DNA from: an uncultured Thermodesulfobacteriota bacterium
GTDB taxonomy: Bacteria > Desulfobacterota > GWC2-55-46
Direction: 5' to 3'
Length of the DNA stretch: 25,775 bases
Assembly (NCBI GenBank): GCA_964508625.1
Contig: CAZDUP010000002.1
Location: 1-25,775, forward strand
This document shows positions 1 through 8,023 of this stretch, piece by piece. The notes under the pieces are model-generated. The model saw only the letters and a program-made list of their open reading frames with translations, had not been told where the DNA came from and ran no database searches. Each line of letters starts with the position of its first letter. The stretch's first letter is position 1. Both the position numbers and the translations under genes were made by a program.

Positions 1-27
1 TCAGTCCCCTCCCGTCAAGGGAGGGGA
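1..27 (+). repeat. Pyrimidine/purine hairpin repeat (BoxC/intrastrand-triplex-like), probably truncated by the window start
   Basis: TCCCCTCCC-GTCAA-GGGAGGGGA (5-27). Bases 1-27 differ at 2 positions from 10793-10819, and an 18-nt core is identical to 9857-9874. Confidence 0.8.
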
Positions 28-39
28 AGAACTTAAGAA

Positions 40-72
40 GATACACCGCAGCTTGCTGCGGGCCGGTTCATT
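40..72. repeat. Short GC-rich palindrome (REP/MITE-like)
   Basis: CCGCAGC-TT-GCTGCGG (46-61) within GATACACCGCAGCTTGCTGCGGGCCGGTTCATT. Single copy in the window; membership of a repeat family is recalled, not shown here. Confidence 0.45.
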
Positions 73-90
73 GAAAGACCCTCCCCAGCT

Positions 91-312
91 TTACTCCCTC
101 TTCCACTTAAGCTGAAATTCTATCTCTTCCTCTGTCCTTGTCCGCTCATGCTCGACGCTTATCTGCGCGTGAGCAGGCACCGCGACGCGTTCCCCGGATA
201 CTGTAATGGAAAAATTCCTGCCGCTCTCCATGCAATCCGCAAGCCTCCTCAATTTGGCGGCGAACTGCTTTACTGAATAGGTCTTTTCGAGGTCCCTGCT
301 CCGCTTTTTCAT
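91..312 (-). CDS. Amphi-Trp domain-containing protein
   Basis: 73 aa: amphipathic helix (FAAKLRRLADCMESG), beta-rich middle, C-terminal EEIEFQLKW typical of the amphi-Trp family; purine-rich RBS upstream. Confidence 0.85.
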   Translation of the reverse strand: MKKRSRDLEKTYSVKQFAAKLRRLADCMESGRNFSITVSGERVAVPAHAQISVEHERTRTEEEIEFQLKWKRE

Positions 313-460
313 GCTCCGCTCCTGCTCCTGTGTAGATAATCTCTGTGGAAGTAATTACCAGACCCGCGGTCTGACGTCAAGGCAGCCGGTCCCGTGTTGT
401 TATGCGGCTCAGAAAATTTCGAAAATACGGTGTATGCTTTAAAAAAGGAGGTGATGACAG

Positions 461-1036
461 ATGGCAGTGGAAAAGATACCGGCAGAGGGGCTGCCCGAGT
501 CAGTAAACGGCGTGAGCATCAAGACCATGGTCGAGACCGTGAACAGGCTGAAGCAGGACCCGGAGCTCGCGAGATTCAGGTTCAGACTGAAGAACAGGTG
601 GTTCGACTGCGGACATAACAGGTCGGCGATAAGTGATTTCTACGGCGCAAAGCAGGCCATCGCCCATGCTAAGACGTTCGAGCTAGATTCTGACGAGCCG
701 CCTGCGCTCGCGGGCCAGGACAAGGGTGCAAACCCGGTTGAGCACCTTCTGAACGCCCTTGCGGCCTGCCTGACCACTACGATGGTCTACCACGCGGCGC
801 TCAGGGGAATACGGATTGAGGAGCTCGAGTCCGAGCTCGAGGGAGATATAGACCTGCGCGGATTTCTCGGGATCTCTAGCGAGGTAAGACGCGGTTACCA
901 GAACATCCGGGTGAAATTCAAGGTCAAGACCGACGCGGAAAATCTCGAGAGGCTCAAAGCCCTCTCAAAACTATCGCCTGTCTTCGACGTTGTCTCACAC
1001 GGAACAAAGGTGGACGTGACGGTGGAGGAAAAATAG
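461..1036 (+). CDS. OsmC/Ohr-family protein (long subtype)
   Basis: DEPPALAGQDKGANPVEHLLNALAAC, LEGDIDLRGFLG and SPVFD motifs; AGGAGG RBS upstream. Confidence 0.9.
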   Translation: MAVEKIPAEGLPESVNGVSIKTMVETVNRLKQDPELARFRFRLKNRWFDCGHNRSAISDFYGAKQAIAHAKTFELDSDEPPALAGQDKGANPVEHLLNALAACLTTTMVYHAALRGIRIEELESELEGDIDLRGFLGISSEVRRGYQNIRVKFKVKTDAENLERLKALSKLSPVFDVVSHGTKVDVTVEEK

Positions 1037-1050
1037 GCCTTGCAGCATAT

Positions 1051-1080
1051 TGCCCGGGGCAGTTTGAAGAGCCCCGGGCA
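1051..1080. terminator. Probable bidirectional terminator hairpin between convergent genes
   Basis: TGCCCGGGGC-N10-GCCCCGGGCA, perfect 10-bp stem; no long U-tract. Confidence 0.6.
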
Positions 1081-1093
1081 GAGTTGAACTCAA

Positions 1094-1477
1094 TCATCCG
1101 TTTTCGTACTTCTCGATCTCTTCCTCGCTCAGGCCGAAGTAATGGCCTACTTCGTGTAGGACGGTCAGGCGTATCTCTTCGGCAAGCTCCTCTTCGGTCG
1201 AGCAGGCTGCCTCAATGTTGCGCTTGTAGAGCACGACCCTCTCTGGCAGATGGCCGGGCGCGATATTCGACCAATCCTGCTCAAGGCGTGACAGGCCGTG
1301 AAAGAGCCCTAAAAGCTCATCTCTCGGCACGCCCGCGCCCTCTGCGTCCTCTTCAGAGGGATAATCCTCCACGACCACGACGACATTCTCCATGCGGCTC
1401 CTGAACTCAGCGGGAAGGGCGTCGAGCGCCCTGGCTGCATAAGCCCTGAAGTCCGACTCTTTTACCCTGTATGCCAT
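1094..1477 (-). CDS. Zincin-like metallopeptidase (Zincin_1/DUF1025-type)
   Basis: LLGLFHG, VVLYKRNI and TVLHEVGHYFGL (HExxH). ATG at 1477 (MAYRVKESDF) preferred over the ORF-track start at 1513. Confidence 0.85.
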   Translation of the reverse strand: MAYRVKESDFRAYAARALDALPAEFRSRMENVVVVVEDYPSEEDAEGAGVPRDELLGLFHGLSRLEQDWSNIAPGHLPERVVLYKRNIEAACSTEEELAEEIRLTVLHEVGHYFGLSEEEIEKYENG

Positions 1478-1550
1478 ACTCTGAACTTTATTATTCTTCA
1501 GAGCGAATTTCAAGCAGTACGCGCTGTGAAACCTGCTCAGGGCTTTTTAA

Positions 1551-1580
1551 TTGACTCCGCCTGGGAATTGGCTATAGAAT
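1551..1580 (+). promoter_or_regulatory. Sigma70-type promoter of the membrane operon
   Basis: TTGACT (1551-1556) - 18 nt - TAGAAT (1575-1580), 64 nt upstream of ATG 1645. Confidence 0.6.
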
Positions 1581-1644
1581 TTCAGGTGAGAAGCCTTGAA
1601 ACGGCTTTTCCCCGACCTTCAGGCAGCAAGATTGCAGAGAACTG

Positions 1645-3816
1645 ATGTCCCATAGCCGTCTAACGCCTTCAAGATTGCATGTCTGCCTGGCCATTGCCGT
1701 CCTGTCAGCTATCGCTATCTCATTTTATTACAGCGACATGCCGCTTTACGGATGGGTCATTTCGCTTATCCCGGTTGGAGCCGCCTTTGCCCTCTCGAAG
1801 CGCATTGAATCGGCTTTGCCCGGCTCAAAGGCCGGCCATGCCTATGTTGTTGCAGTCTATTCCGTGGCTGCCTTCGCCATATTCTATCCGGTCCTCTGGG
1901 ACATATTCAGGGCCGATTACTGGCTCATAGCACTGGTCTTTCAGAAGGCCGGCGTTGATTTGAGCTTGGAGTCGCTCAGGAAAATCGCCCTCTTTGAGAT
2001 GTTCGGCCACATAAGGTTCCAGCCTTTGGCGCATCTCACGATGTTCGCAAGGCACCTTGCCTTCGGAAACAACATAGTCCTTTACAATATCGTCAATATA
2101 GCCGTCCATATCGCTGTTGCCTGCTCGATCTGCTATTTCCTCTTCAGGGTAACGGGAGACCGCCGGTTCTCGATGCTCTTCGGCCTCCTCTTTGCCGTCC
2201 TGACGAGCCAGTTCGATGCTGTAGGATGGAATTACCATATCTATATACTTACCGGCACTCTCTTTTTCATTTCAGCCCTGATACTCGCCCTCGAATACCA
2301 TGAAAGCAACAGACCGGCAGTATTCATAATCGCGGCCGCGCTCGCGCTGACTTCGCTTCTAATGTACGAGGCTGCTATCCTGGCCCCGCTCGCCATACTC
2401 TTGCCAGCCATCTGGGGAATTGACGGGCAGGCGCAAAGGCTGACTGCGCGGAAGATGGCCTTCCTGGCCTGCGTGGTCATCGCCGCATACGCGCTCTGGA
2501 TGTTTCCGGCCTATCTTGCCCTGTCAATCACTCAAGGCAGAAACAGCATGTCCTTTTCAGACCTGCTCGGGCTTAATAACCTTTCGATGGCCCTGCTGGC
2601 CGTAGCAATCGACATCGCTGAGTCCTTCATCAAGAACAGCGGCGTACTCTCAATCGATATCCAGGACCACCTTGTCTGCGTCATATTGCCCCGCAACGGC
2701 ATCTTCGAGTTTCCGGTCGAGGCCTTCAAAAGCCCTTATTCATACTTGACGCTCGGCATCGGGATCTCAATCCTGGCTTTCTGCAGGGTGAGAAGGCAGT
2801 ATGCCGCGCTCCTATTTGTCCTTGCCTTCGCGGTTTTCTCGTATCTGCTGCTTATTTCAATGGGCAGGGTCCTGACAAACAATATCTATTACATCGTCAG
2901 CCAGCCCAGGTATCAGTACTTCCCGGATGCGCTGGCCGTCTGCCTATTGGGAATACTGCTGTGGCCCAAATACCGCGACAGCGTCTTCGCAAAGGGCTTT
3001 CTCTATGCCGCTCTCCTTCTGGCAGTCTTGTGGAACTCGCAGAACACGTGGTCGGGGAACAGGCTGGTCGCTGACTCGATGAAGGCAATGGATGGGCATT
3101 TCTACAGGATATCGGACTTTCTCAAGAGTGAACCCGGCTCCAGGGTGCTTCTCGACTTTTCAGGCAATGACGAGACGACATTCCTGGGCGGCGACATAGC
3201 CTTTGACATACTGTTCAAGGACAGGATTACGATGTCCACGTCCCTTGCCACTCATGTTTACGACGGGCGAGATTTCACCGAAAACAGGCTCCATTCCGGG
3301 GTCCGGCCAGAGAGGCTCGGGGATTTCAGCGTGAGGTGGCGCTACCAGGCCTCAAGTACGAGCCTGAGAAAGGACATCGGCATAGCAGGAAGAGAGGGGA
3401 ATTACCCGGTAATCTCAGTGATGTCTGGCCGTTCACCAGCGGGGGGCGCCTTCAAGGTTGCCATGAAGGACTTTCAGGGCAATACAGACTCATACGCGCT
3501 CTGCTGCGTGACTGAAGAGATATCGGAAGTCGCGGTCGAGAAAGAGGGCTCATCGCTCTGCCTCATCGTCAACGGCGTGATGAGGGACAGGATAGAGCTC
3601 AACTCCGACTACATGAACTGGGGCTCGGTCTCAGGCCCGGACATGCTCGGCGAGTATTACGAAGGAATGGTTGACTTCGGGGTCTCTGATATCGTGATAA
3701 GGGCGGATGAGGCCATGTACGGGTGCAGTAACAGGACGCCTGGCAAGGCAACGCTCACCACAGTAGACACCAATGCCGGCATTTTCGGCGGAAGCTCGTC
3801 AGGGAAAGGGAGATGA
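1645..3816 (+). CDS. Multi-pass membrane protein, GT-C-like glycosyltransferase (PMT_2/TMTC-like) with a C-terminal soluble domain
   Basis: Many hydrophobic segments; RFQPLAH...FGNNIVLYNIVNIAVH...LLFAVLTSQFDAVGW resembles the RPL...lfG...yhl.n...H...FalhP..eaV.w pattern of GT-C proteins; QPRYQYFP late motif. Confidence 0.65.
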   Translation: MSHSRLTPSRLHVCLAIAVLSAIAISFYYSDMPLYGWVISLIPVGAAFALSKRIESALPGSKAGHAYVVAVYSVAAFAIFYPVLWDIFRADYWLIALVFQKAGVDLSLESLRKIALFEMFGHIRFQPLAHLTMFARHLAFGNNIVLYNIVNIAVHIAVACSICYFLFRVTGDRRFSMLFGLLFAVLTSQFDAVGWNYHIYILTGTLFFISALILALEYHESNRPAVFIIAAALALTSLLMYEAAILAPLAILLPAIWGIDGQAQRLTARKMAFLACVVIAAYALWMFPAYLALSITQGRNSMSFSDLLGLNNLSMALLAVAIDIAESFIKNSGVLSIDIQDHLVCVILPRNGIFEFPVEAFKSPYSYLTLGIGISILAFCRVRRQYAALLFVLAFAVFSYLLLISMGRVLTNNIYYIVSQPRYQYFPDALAVCLLGILLWPKYRDSVFAKGFLYAALLLAVLWNSQNTWSGNRLVADSMKAMDGHFYRISDFLKSEPGSRVLLDFSGNDETTFLGGDIAFDILFKDRITMSTSLATHVYDGRDFTENRLHSGVRPERLGDFSVRWRYQASSTSLRKDIGIAGREGNYPVISVMSGRSPAGGAFKVAMKDFQGNTDSYALCCVTEEISEVAVEKEGSSLCLIVNGVMRDRIELNSDYMNWGSVSGPDMLGEYYEGMVDFGVSDIVIRADEAMYGCSNRTPGKATLTTVDTNAGIFGGSSSGKGR

Positions 3817-3817
3817 C

Positions 3818-5779
3818 GTGAAGAGCCTTTTCCGTTTTGGCCCGATATCCACCCTTGCCCACCTCCTGTTCGTTGCTGTAGTATTTTTTGTATTCGCGCT
3901 CCAGGCCCTGTCTCCGTCGGTGCTGCCGAGCCAGGACAGCGCATTTTTCCATTATCCGTATTTCAAGTACTTCTCCAACTCGCTCGCCCTCGGCTTCGGC
4001 TTCCCGCTCTGGGACCCCGCTTACGGCGGCATCCCTGTAGGCGCAAGCTCGATATCGATGTCGCCTCTGCTGCCGTACAAGCTGATCGGGTATTTCCTCT
4101 ACACGGTCCTTCCGCTCGACCCGGCAACCATCTACAAGGCAACCGTAATGCTTGGCATGTTTATATCTGCTGCCGGCTGGTGGCTCTTTCTGAGGAGGTT
4201 CACAGGGGCAAGGACGGGGGCGACATTCGGCACGCTCATGATACTCATGGGCGGCACCGCGGTTACCGCGCTTCACCAGGAACAGGTCGTATTCACCATC
4301 ACGTGGGCGCCGTGGATTTTATTTTTCCTCTCACGCGTGAAAGAGCGCTTTATCAATATCATCCCCGCTGCCGCGCTTACTGGGGCGACCCTATCGGTCC
4401 ATTACCCGCAGATACACATAATGTCATACCTCTTCCTCGTCCCTGCGCTCGTTGCTGCAGGCGCATTCAGCCGTGACTTTATCGATGCGGCGTGGAGGCA
4501 GAGGAAGACCGTCCTATTGGCCGCGGCCTTTCTTGTGACCGCGGCAGCGCCGGTCTTTTATGTATATGCGGTCAAGGACGGCTTTTCGAGCCCCATCAGG
4601 GAGGCGGAGGAGATGGGCGCGAAGAGCTATGAAGATTATATCAAGCTCAACACCATGCAGTCCTCTTCGGCCAGCCCGGCCTATTTCAAAAACTACTTCT
4701 GGAGCGAAAAGGGCGCAGAGATAGACTCGGCCGCGTTCTATGTGACGAAGACCGGCTTGCTGCTCGTTGTGCTGGGCGCAGCATTGAGGTTCCGCAAAGC
4801 CATTCCTGTGCTCATAATGCTCGCTCTCTCGGCCTGGGCCTCTCTCGGCATCAACGGCGGCCTCCCGCAATTGCTTTATACGATCAAATTCCCGTTCATA
4901 GGTTACTTCCGCCAGTGGTATCACTTCGTGCCGCTCGTGAACCTTTGCCTTGCGGCGCTTGGCGGTCTCGGCATTTCGGCAGTCCTCTCCTTCTTTCAAA
5001 GGCCCTCGTTTGAACAAAATGGAAGGTTCCTTTCTTGCGCCCTATTGGCAGCGCTCTTCGCCACAATATTCCTGGAGGGCTCTTTATATTTCAAGAATTA
5101 TATCGGCGAGCATCTAAACAAGGCCAGCGGCCCTGTTGCCTCAAAGACTGCCGGGGACGAATTCATCGCTGGCCTTTCAGTACCTGCTGAGAAGGAGACT
5201 CCGCTGCTTATTTATAAGAACGTTAACGAGATGATAACGTCGTGCCCCCAGGTGCCCGGCAGGCCCTTTGCAACGGCTCTGGTCTATAATGATGCCAGCG
5301 TGCCACAGGGGCTCAGGGCCAACTCAATAAGGGCGTTCTGCGACAAGGGCCTGTCGAGTTCAGCCGTTCTTGCCAGCATACCCGGCCCAATAGACGGGCC
5401 GTCGCCGGATATCGTCGTTGTCAGCGGGGACTATGCTCTCCTGCAGGCCGGGTCAACGGAAATCAGGTTCTTTGAGAAGGGCTCGTTCCAGGTCACGCCG
5501 CAGCAGGCGGCTTTGAGGGGCGCAAACCCGTCAGCATCGTTCATAGTCCTGCCGTTCAGCGACAAGTTCCGCCTTCTGGCCACTCTGAACGGGAGGCCGG
5601 TCGATACCTATCCTGTTTTCAACGGGGGCCTTATCGGCGTCATTGTGCCTGAGGGGCCATTTGAGCTTGAGCTTTCAATGCCCTTTTCATGGTATTATCT
5701 GGCCGTGCTCATTCAGTATGCTGCCCTTGCGGCCGCTCTCCTGTCCCTCTTGTTATTGAGGAAGAGAGGAACGCACTGA
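3818..5779 (+). CDS. YfhO-like membrane glycosyltransferase (GT-C)
   Basis: QDSAFFHYPYF...GFPLWDPAYGGIP N-terminal loop motif, many TM segments, extracytoplasmic domain, final TM. Probable GTG start at 3818, one base after the upstream TGA (ORF track starts 3773). Confidence 0.75.
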   Translation: MKSLFRFGPISTLAHLLFVAVVFFVFALQALSPSVLPSQDSAFFHYPYFKYFSNSLALGFGFPLWDPAYGGIPVGASSISMSPLLPYKLIGYFLYTVLPLDPATIYKATVMLGMFISAAGWWLFLRRFTGARTGATFGTLMILMGGTAVTALHQEQVVFTITWAPWILFFLSRVKERFINIIPAAALTGATLSVHYPQIHIMSYLFLVPALVAAGAFSRDFIDAAWRQRKTVLLAAAFLVTAAAPVFYVYAVKDGFSSPIREAEEMGAKSYEDYIKLNTMQSSSASPAYFKNYFWSEKGAEIDSAAFYVTKTGLLLVVLGAALRFRKAIPVLIMLALSAWASLGINGGLPQLLYTIKFPFIGYFRQWYHFVPLVNLCLAALGGLGISAVLSFFQRPSFEQNGRFLSCALLAALFATIFLEGSLYFKNYIGEHLNKASGPVASKTAGDEFIAGLSVPAEKETPLLIYKNVNEMITSCPQVPGRPFATALVYNDASVPQGLRANSIRAFCDKGLSSSAVLASIPGPIDGPSPDIVVVSGDYALLQAGSTEIRFFEKGSFQVTPQQAALRGANPSASFIVLPFSDKFRLLATLNGRPVDTYPVFNGGLIGVIVPEGPFELELSMPFSWYYLAVLIQYAALAAALLSLLLLRKRGTH

Positions 5780-5808
5780 GTTAGGTAGAACATGATGAAA
5801 GAACCTGC

Positions 5809-6330
5809 ATGAACCCGCTTGCGCTTTTAATCCCCGCAGCCGCTTTTGTCATTTGCATGGCTGTCCACGTAATATTCTGGCGCATGAGCCCTCCGAAAAA
5901 CAGGGGCATGGCCCTTGTATGGATTTTGATAATCCTTCCCACGGCAATGGCAGCTGTATTTCTGTTTTTGACTCGCCTCGGGTTTTTGCCGGATGTCACT
6001 GGCCTTGCATACAGCGAATGGACAGCCGCATTGCTCCTGCTCTGGGCCTTTGCAGCCGCGTACATAGCCACATACCCGGCATTCGAGGCTATCTCGCCGA
6101 GTCTTGCAATGGCCCTCGCGATAAGCCGCTCGAACGGAATGACCCGCGAAGAGCTCATCTCGGGCTTTGCCGATGAAGACCTCTTTGAGCCGCGCGTCAA
6201 CGACCTCGTGCATTCCGGACTTGCCCGCAGGGAAAGAGACCGGCTCTATTTGACCGCCAGGGGAAGGCTCGTCGCCAAGTGCTTTGTGCTCTTCAGGGCC
6301 TTTCTCGCGCTTGAGGAGGGAAAAGGTTGA
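5809..6330 (+). CDS. Hypothetical protein: 3 TM helices plus C-terminal winged-helix-like domain
   Basis: Three hydrophobic stretches in aa ~4-92, then TREELISGF...EPRVNDLVHSGLARRERDRLYLTARG. Confidence 0.7.
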   Translation: MNPLALLIPAAAFVICMAVHVIFWRMSPPKNRGMALVWILIILPTAMAAVFLFLTRLGFLPDVTGLAYSEWTAALLLLWAFAAAYIATYPAFEAISPSLAMALAISRSNGMTREELISGFADEDLFEPRVNDLVHSGLARRERDRLYLTARGRLVAKCFVLFRAFLALEEGKG

Positions 6331-6872
6331 AAGGTTTGTCCCTGTTCATAGCAATACTTGCGCTCACTCCTTTATTGACCGCCATTATCCATGCCCTTCT
6401 CATGAGGGCAGGACTCAGGAGAATGCAGTCAAGGCAGATGACGGCTTTGATAACATCTGCTGTCCTCGCACCTTTCCTTGCGGCCGTACTCTGGCATCTG
6501 TACCTGAGCGGGCTCGATTCCGCTGACAGGCTTGCAGCCTCTCTCTACGCCACTCTGGTCTTTTGTCTCATGTCCTACACCTATTTTCATTTCTTCAACA
6601 TGAGCGAGACGGCCAGAAGGATAAAGATGGTTATTGAGATAGGAAAGAGCGACGGCCTGCCTGCCGCCGCGCTAAAAGGGCGCTACAACGCCGGACTCAT
6701 GGTGGACAACAGGATAGAAAGGCTCAAGGCAGCAGGGCAGATATGCGAAAAGGACGGCAAGTTCAGGCTCAATGCAAGGCTTATCTATTATGCGGCGCTC
6801 ATTGTGGAATGGTGGGGAGACCTGCTCGGCCTGCCGAAGATAAGGGAGAGGCAGGGAAAGCGGAGTTTCTGA
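6327..6872 (+). CDS. Hypothetical protein, apparent paralog of 5809-6330 (3 TM plus wHTH-like)
   Basis: TTG start overlaps the upstream TGA; three TM segments, then FNMSETARRI...DNRIERLKAAGQICEKDGKFRLNAR. Confidence 0.7.
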   Translation: MKGLSLFIAILALTPLLTAIIHALLMRAGLRRMQSRQMTALITSAVLAPFLAAVLWHLYLSGLDSADRLAASLYATLVFCLMSYTYFHFFNMSETARRIKMVIEIGKSDGLPAAALKGRYNAGLMVDNRIERLKAAGQICEKDGKFRLNARLIYYAALIVEWWGDLLGLPKIRERQGKRSF

Positions 6873-6904
6873 AGGATCGCCTAATGGTTGTGATGAGGTA
6901 CAGA

Positions 6905-6925
6905 GGTGGGCTGTGCCCAGCCTAC
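6905..6925 (-). repeat. GTAG-tagged REP
   Basis: Minus strand GTAGGCTGGGCACAGCCCACC: GTAG tetranucleotide followed by TGGGC-ACA-GCCCA palindrome. Confidence 0.7.
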
Positions 6926-6941
6926 GCGGCTGAAGCGTGTA

Positions 6942-7820
6942 TTATGCCTTAGCAGCGTCAGGCGAGGCAACTGGTGCTGACGTATTGATGTTGCGCGCTT
7001 TCAAGAACGCTTCAATGGTTTCGACCACGGTGCGCGCCTTTATAACGATACCGAGGTCAATCATTTCCTCGTTTTGCACCATCGGCTTTGTGGCCGTCGG
7101 AATTGGCACTGCCACGATCTCGTTCCATTGCTTGCGAAGAAAGACAGCAGCGACTACGCCAACGAAGTGGAAGCGTGTACCAATGATCAAGCCACCACCT
7201 TTCGTCGCAAACGACCCTTCATTAAGGATAAAGACTGGACTGCCGCTGGAGCCACCGAACACCGATGCGTCAATCAGAAAGCGAGGCGTACTCTCAAAGT
7301 CAACTTCGATAGGACTGGCAGTGGTGCCTCGGCGTGCAACAGGTAGGAGATTCTTGCTGTCCCAGATACCGTTCGGGTAACCGATGAACGTTACGGACTC
7401 CACGGCATCTAGTTCCTCAACCTGCTGCGGTGTTGGAATCATATCGCTGGAAATGAAACGGTAGAACAGGTCGATGTTGTGCTGTTGTTTGATGTGCGCC
7501 TCAACCGGCAGGAATGGGCAGATTGTAATATCAATGTCCGGTGATGGATGCCCGAACCATGCGTGCGGCCAGTCTTGAATGCTAAGCCGGAACCCGTTCC
7601 CAAGCGTTGGTAGCGAGTCACGGCGCTGGAGGAATGAGAGCGCCCCTTCGCGCATGCCCATCACCACATGTTTGTTAGTCACGATGAACGGGAAATTCTG
7701 CTCACCGATCCTGTGAGAGAAAAGGAACCCTGTGCCTGAACCCTGCGCACCGGTCGCAGTAATGGTGTCGATTCGCACCGTAGTGAAGAAAAGCTGTTCG
7801 GCAATGGTCTTGACCTGCAT
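6942..7820 (-). CDS. Trypsin-like (S1) serine protease, no evident signal peptide
   Basis: Triad motifs TNKHV (His), DIDIT (Asp), GGSSGSP (Ser); GSGTGF N-terminal strand. Confidence 0.9.
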   Translation of the reverse strand: MQVKTIAEQLFFTTVRIDTITATGAQGSGTGFLFSHRIGEQNFPFIVTNKHVVMGMREGALSFLQRRDSLPTLGNGFRLSIQDWPHAWFGHPSPDIDITICPFLPVEAHIKQQHNIDLFYRFISSDMIPTPQQVEELDAVESVTFIGYPNGIWDSKNLLPVARRGTTASPIEVDFESTPRFLIDASVFGGSSGSPVFILNEGSFATKGGGLIIGTRFHFVGVVAAVFLRKQWNEIVAVPIPTATKPMVQNEEMIDLGIVIKARTVVETIEAFLKARNINTSAPVASPDAAKA

Positions 7821-8023
7821 GCAAGCGTCCTGTCACCTTATCCATCTGTTGGCCGCCTGAGGAAGGGATAATACGGCCATAATAACTCCGTAGACCTGTA
7901 GGATGGGCTAATCACTTTCTGCCCTGTTCCAGTGTGGTAATCGCCCTTACCAGCGCAATCATTAGGGGTGTATAGCCCTGCTCATATCATCATAATAATA
8001 ACTTTGAAGAAGTTATAAAATTC

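Noticed and set aside
331-339. DnaA-box-like TGTAGATAA
   Set aside because: Isolated, mismatched and far from oriC; expected by chance.
394-618. 74-aa plus-strand ORF overlapping the OsmC-like gene
   Set aside because: Alternative frame of a well-supported gene; no recognisable motif.
7832-7843. 12-mer GGATAAGGTGAC (minus strand) also present at the dnaA stop (24610-24621)
   Set aside because: Short single match in unrelated contexts; most likely chance.
1-8023. Integrase or attR duplication of the tRNA-Ser 3' end defining a genomic island
   Set aside because: No recombinase ORF, and no second copy of TGGCGGAGGGTGAGGG seen by eye; island boundaries cannot be supported.
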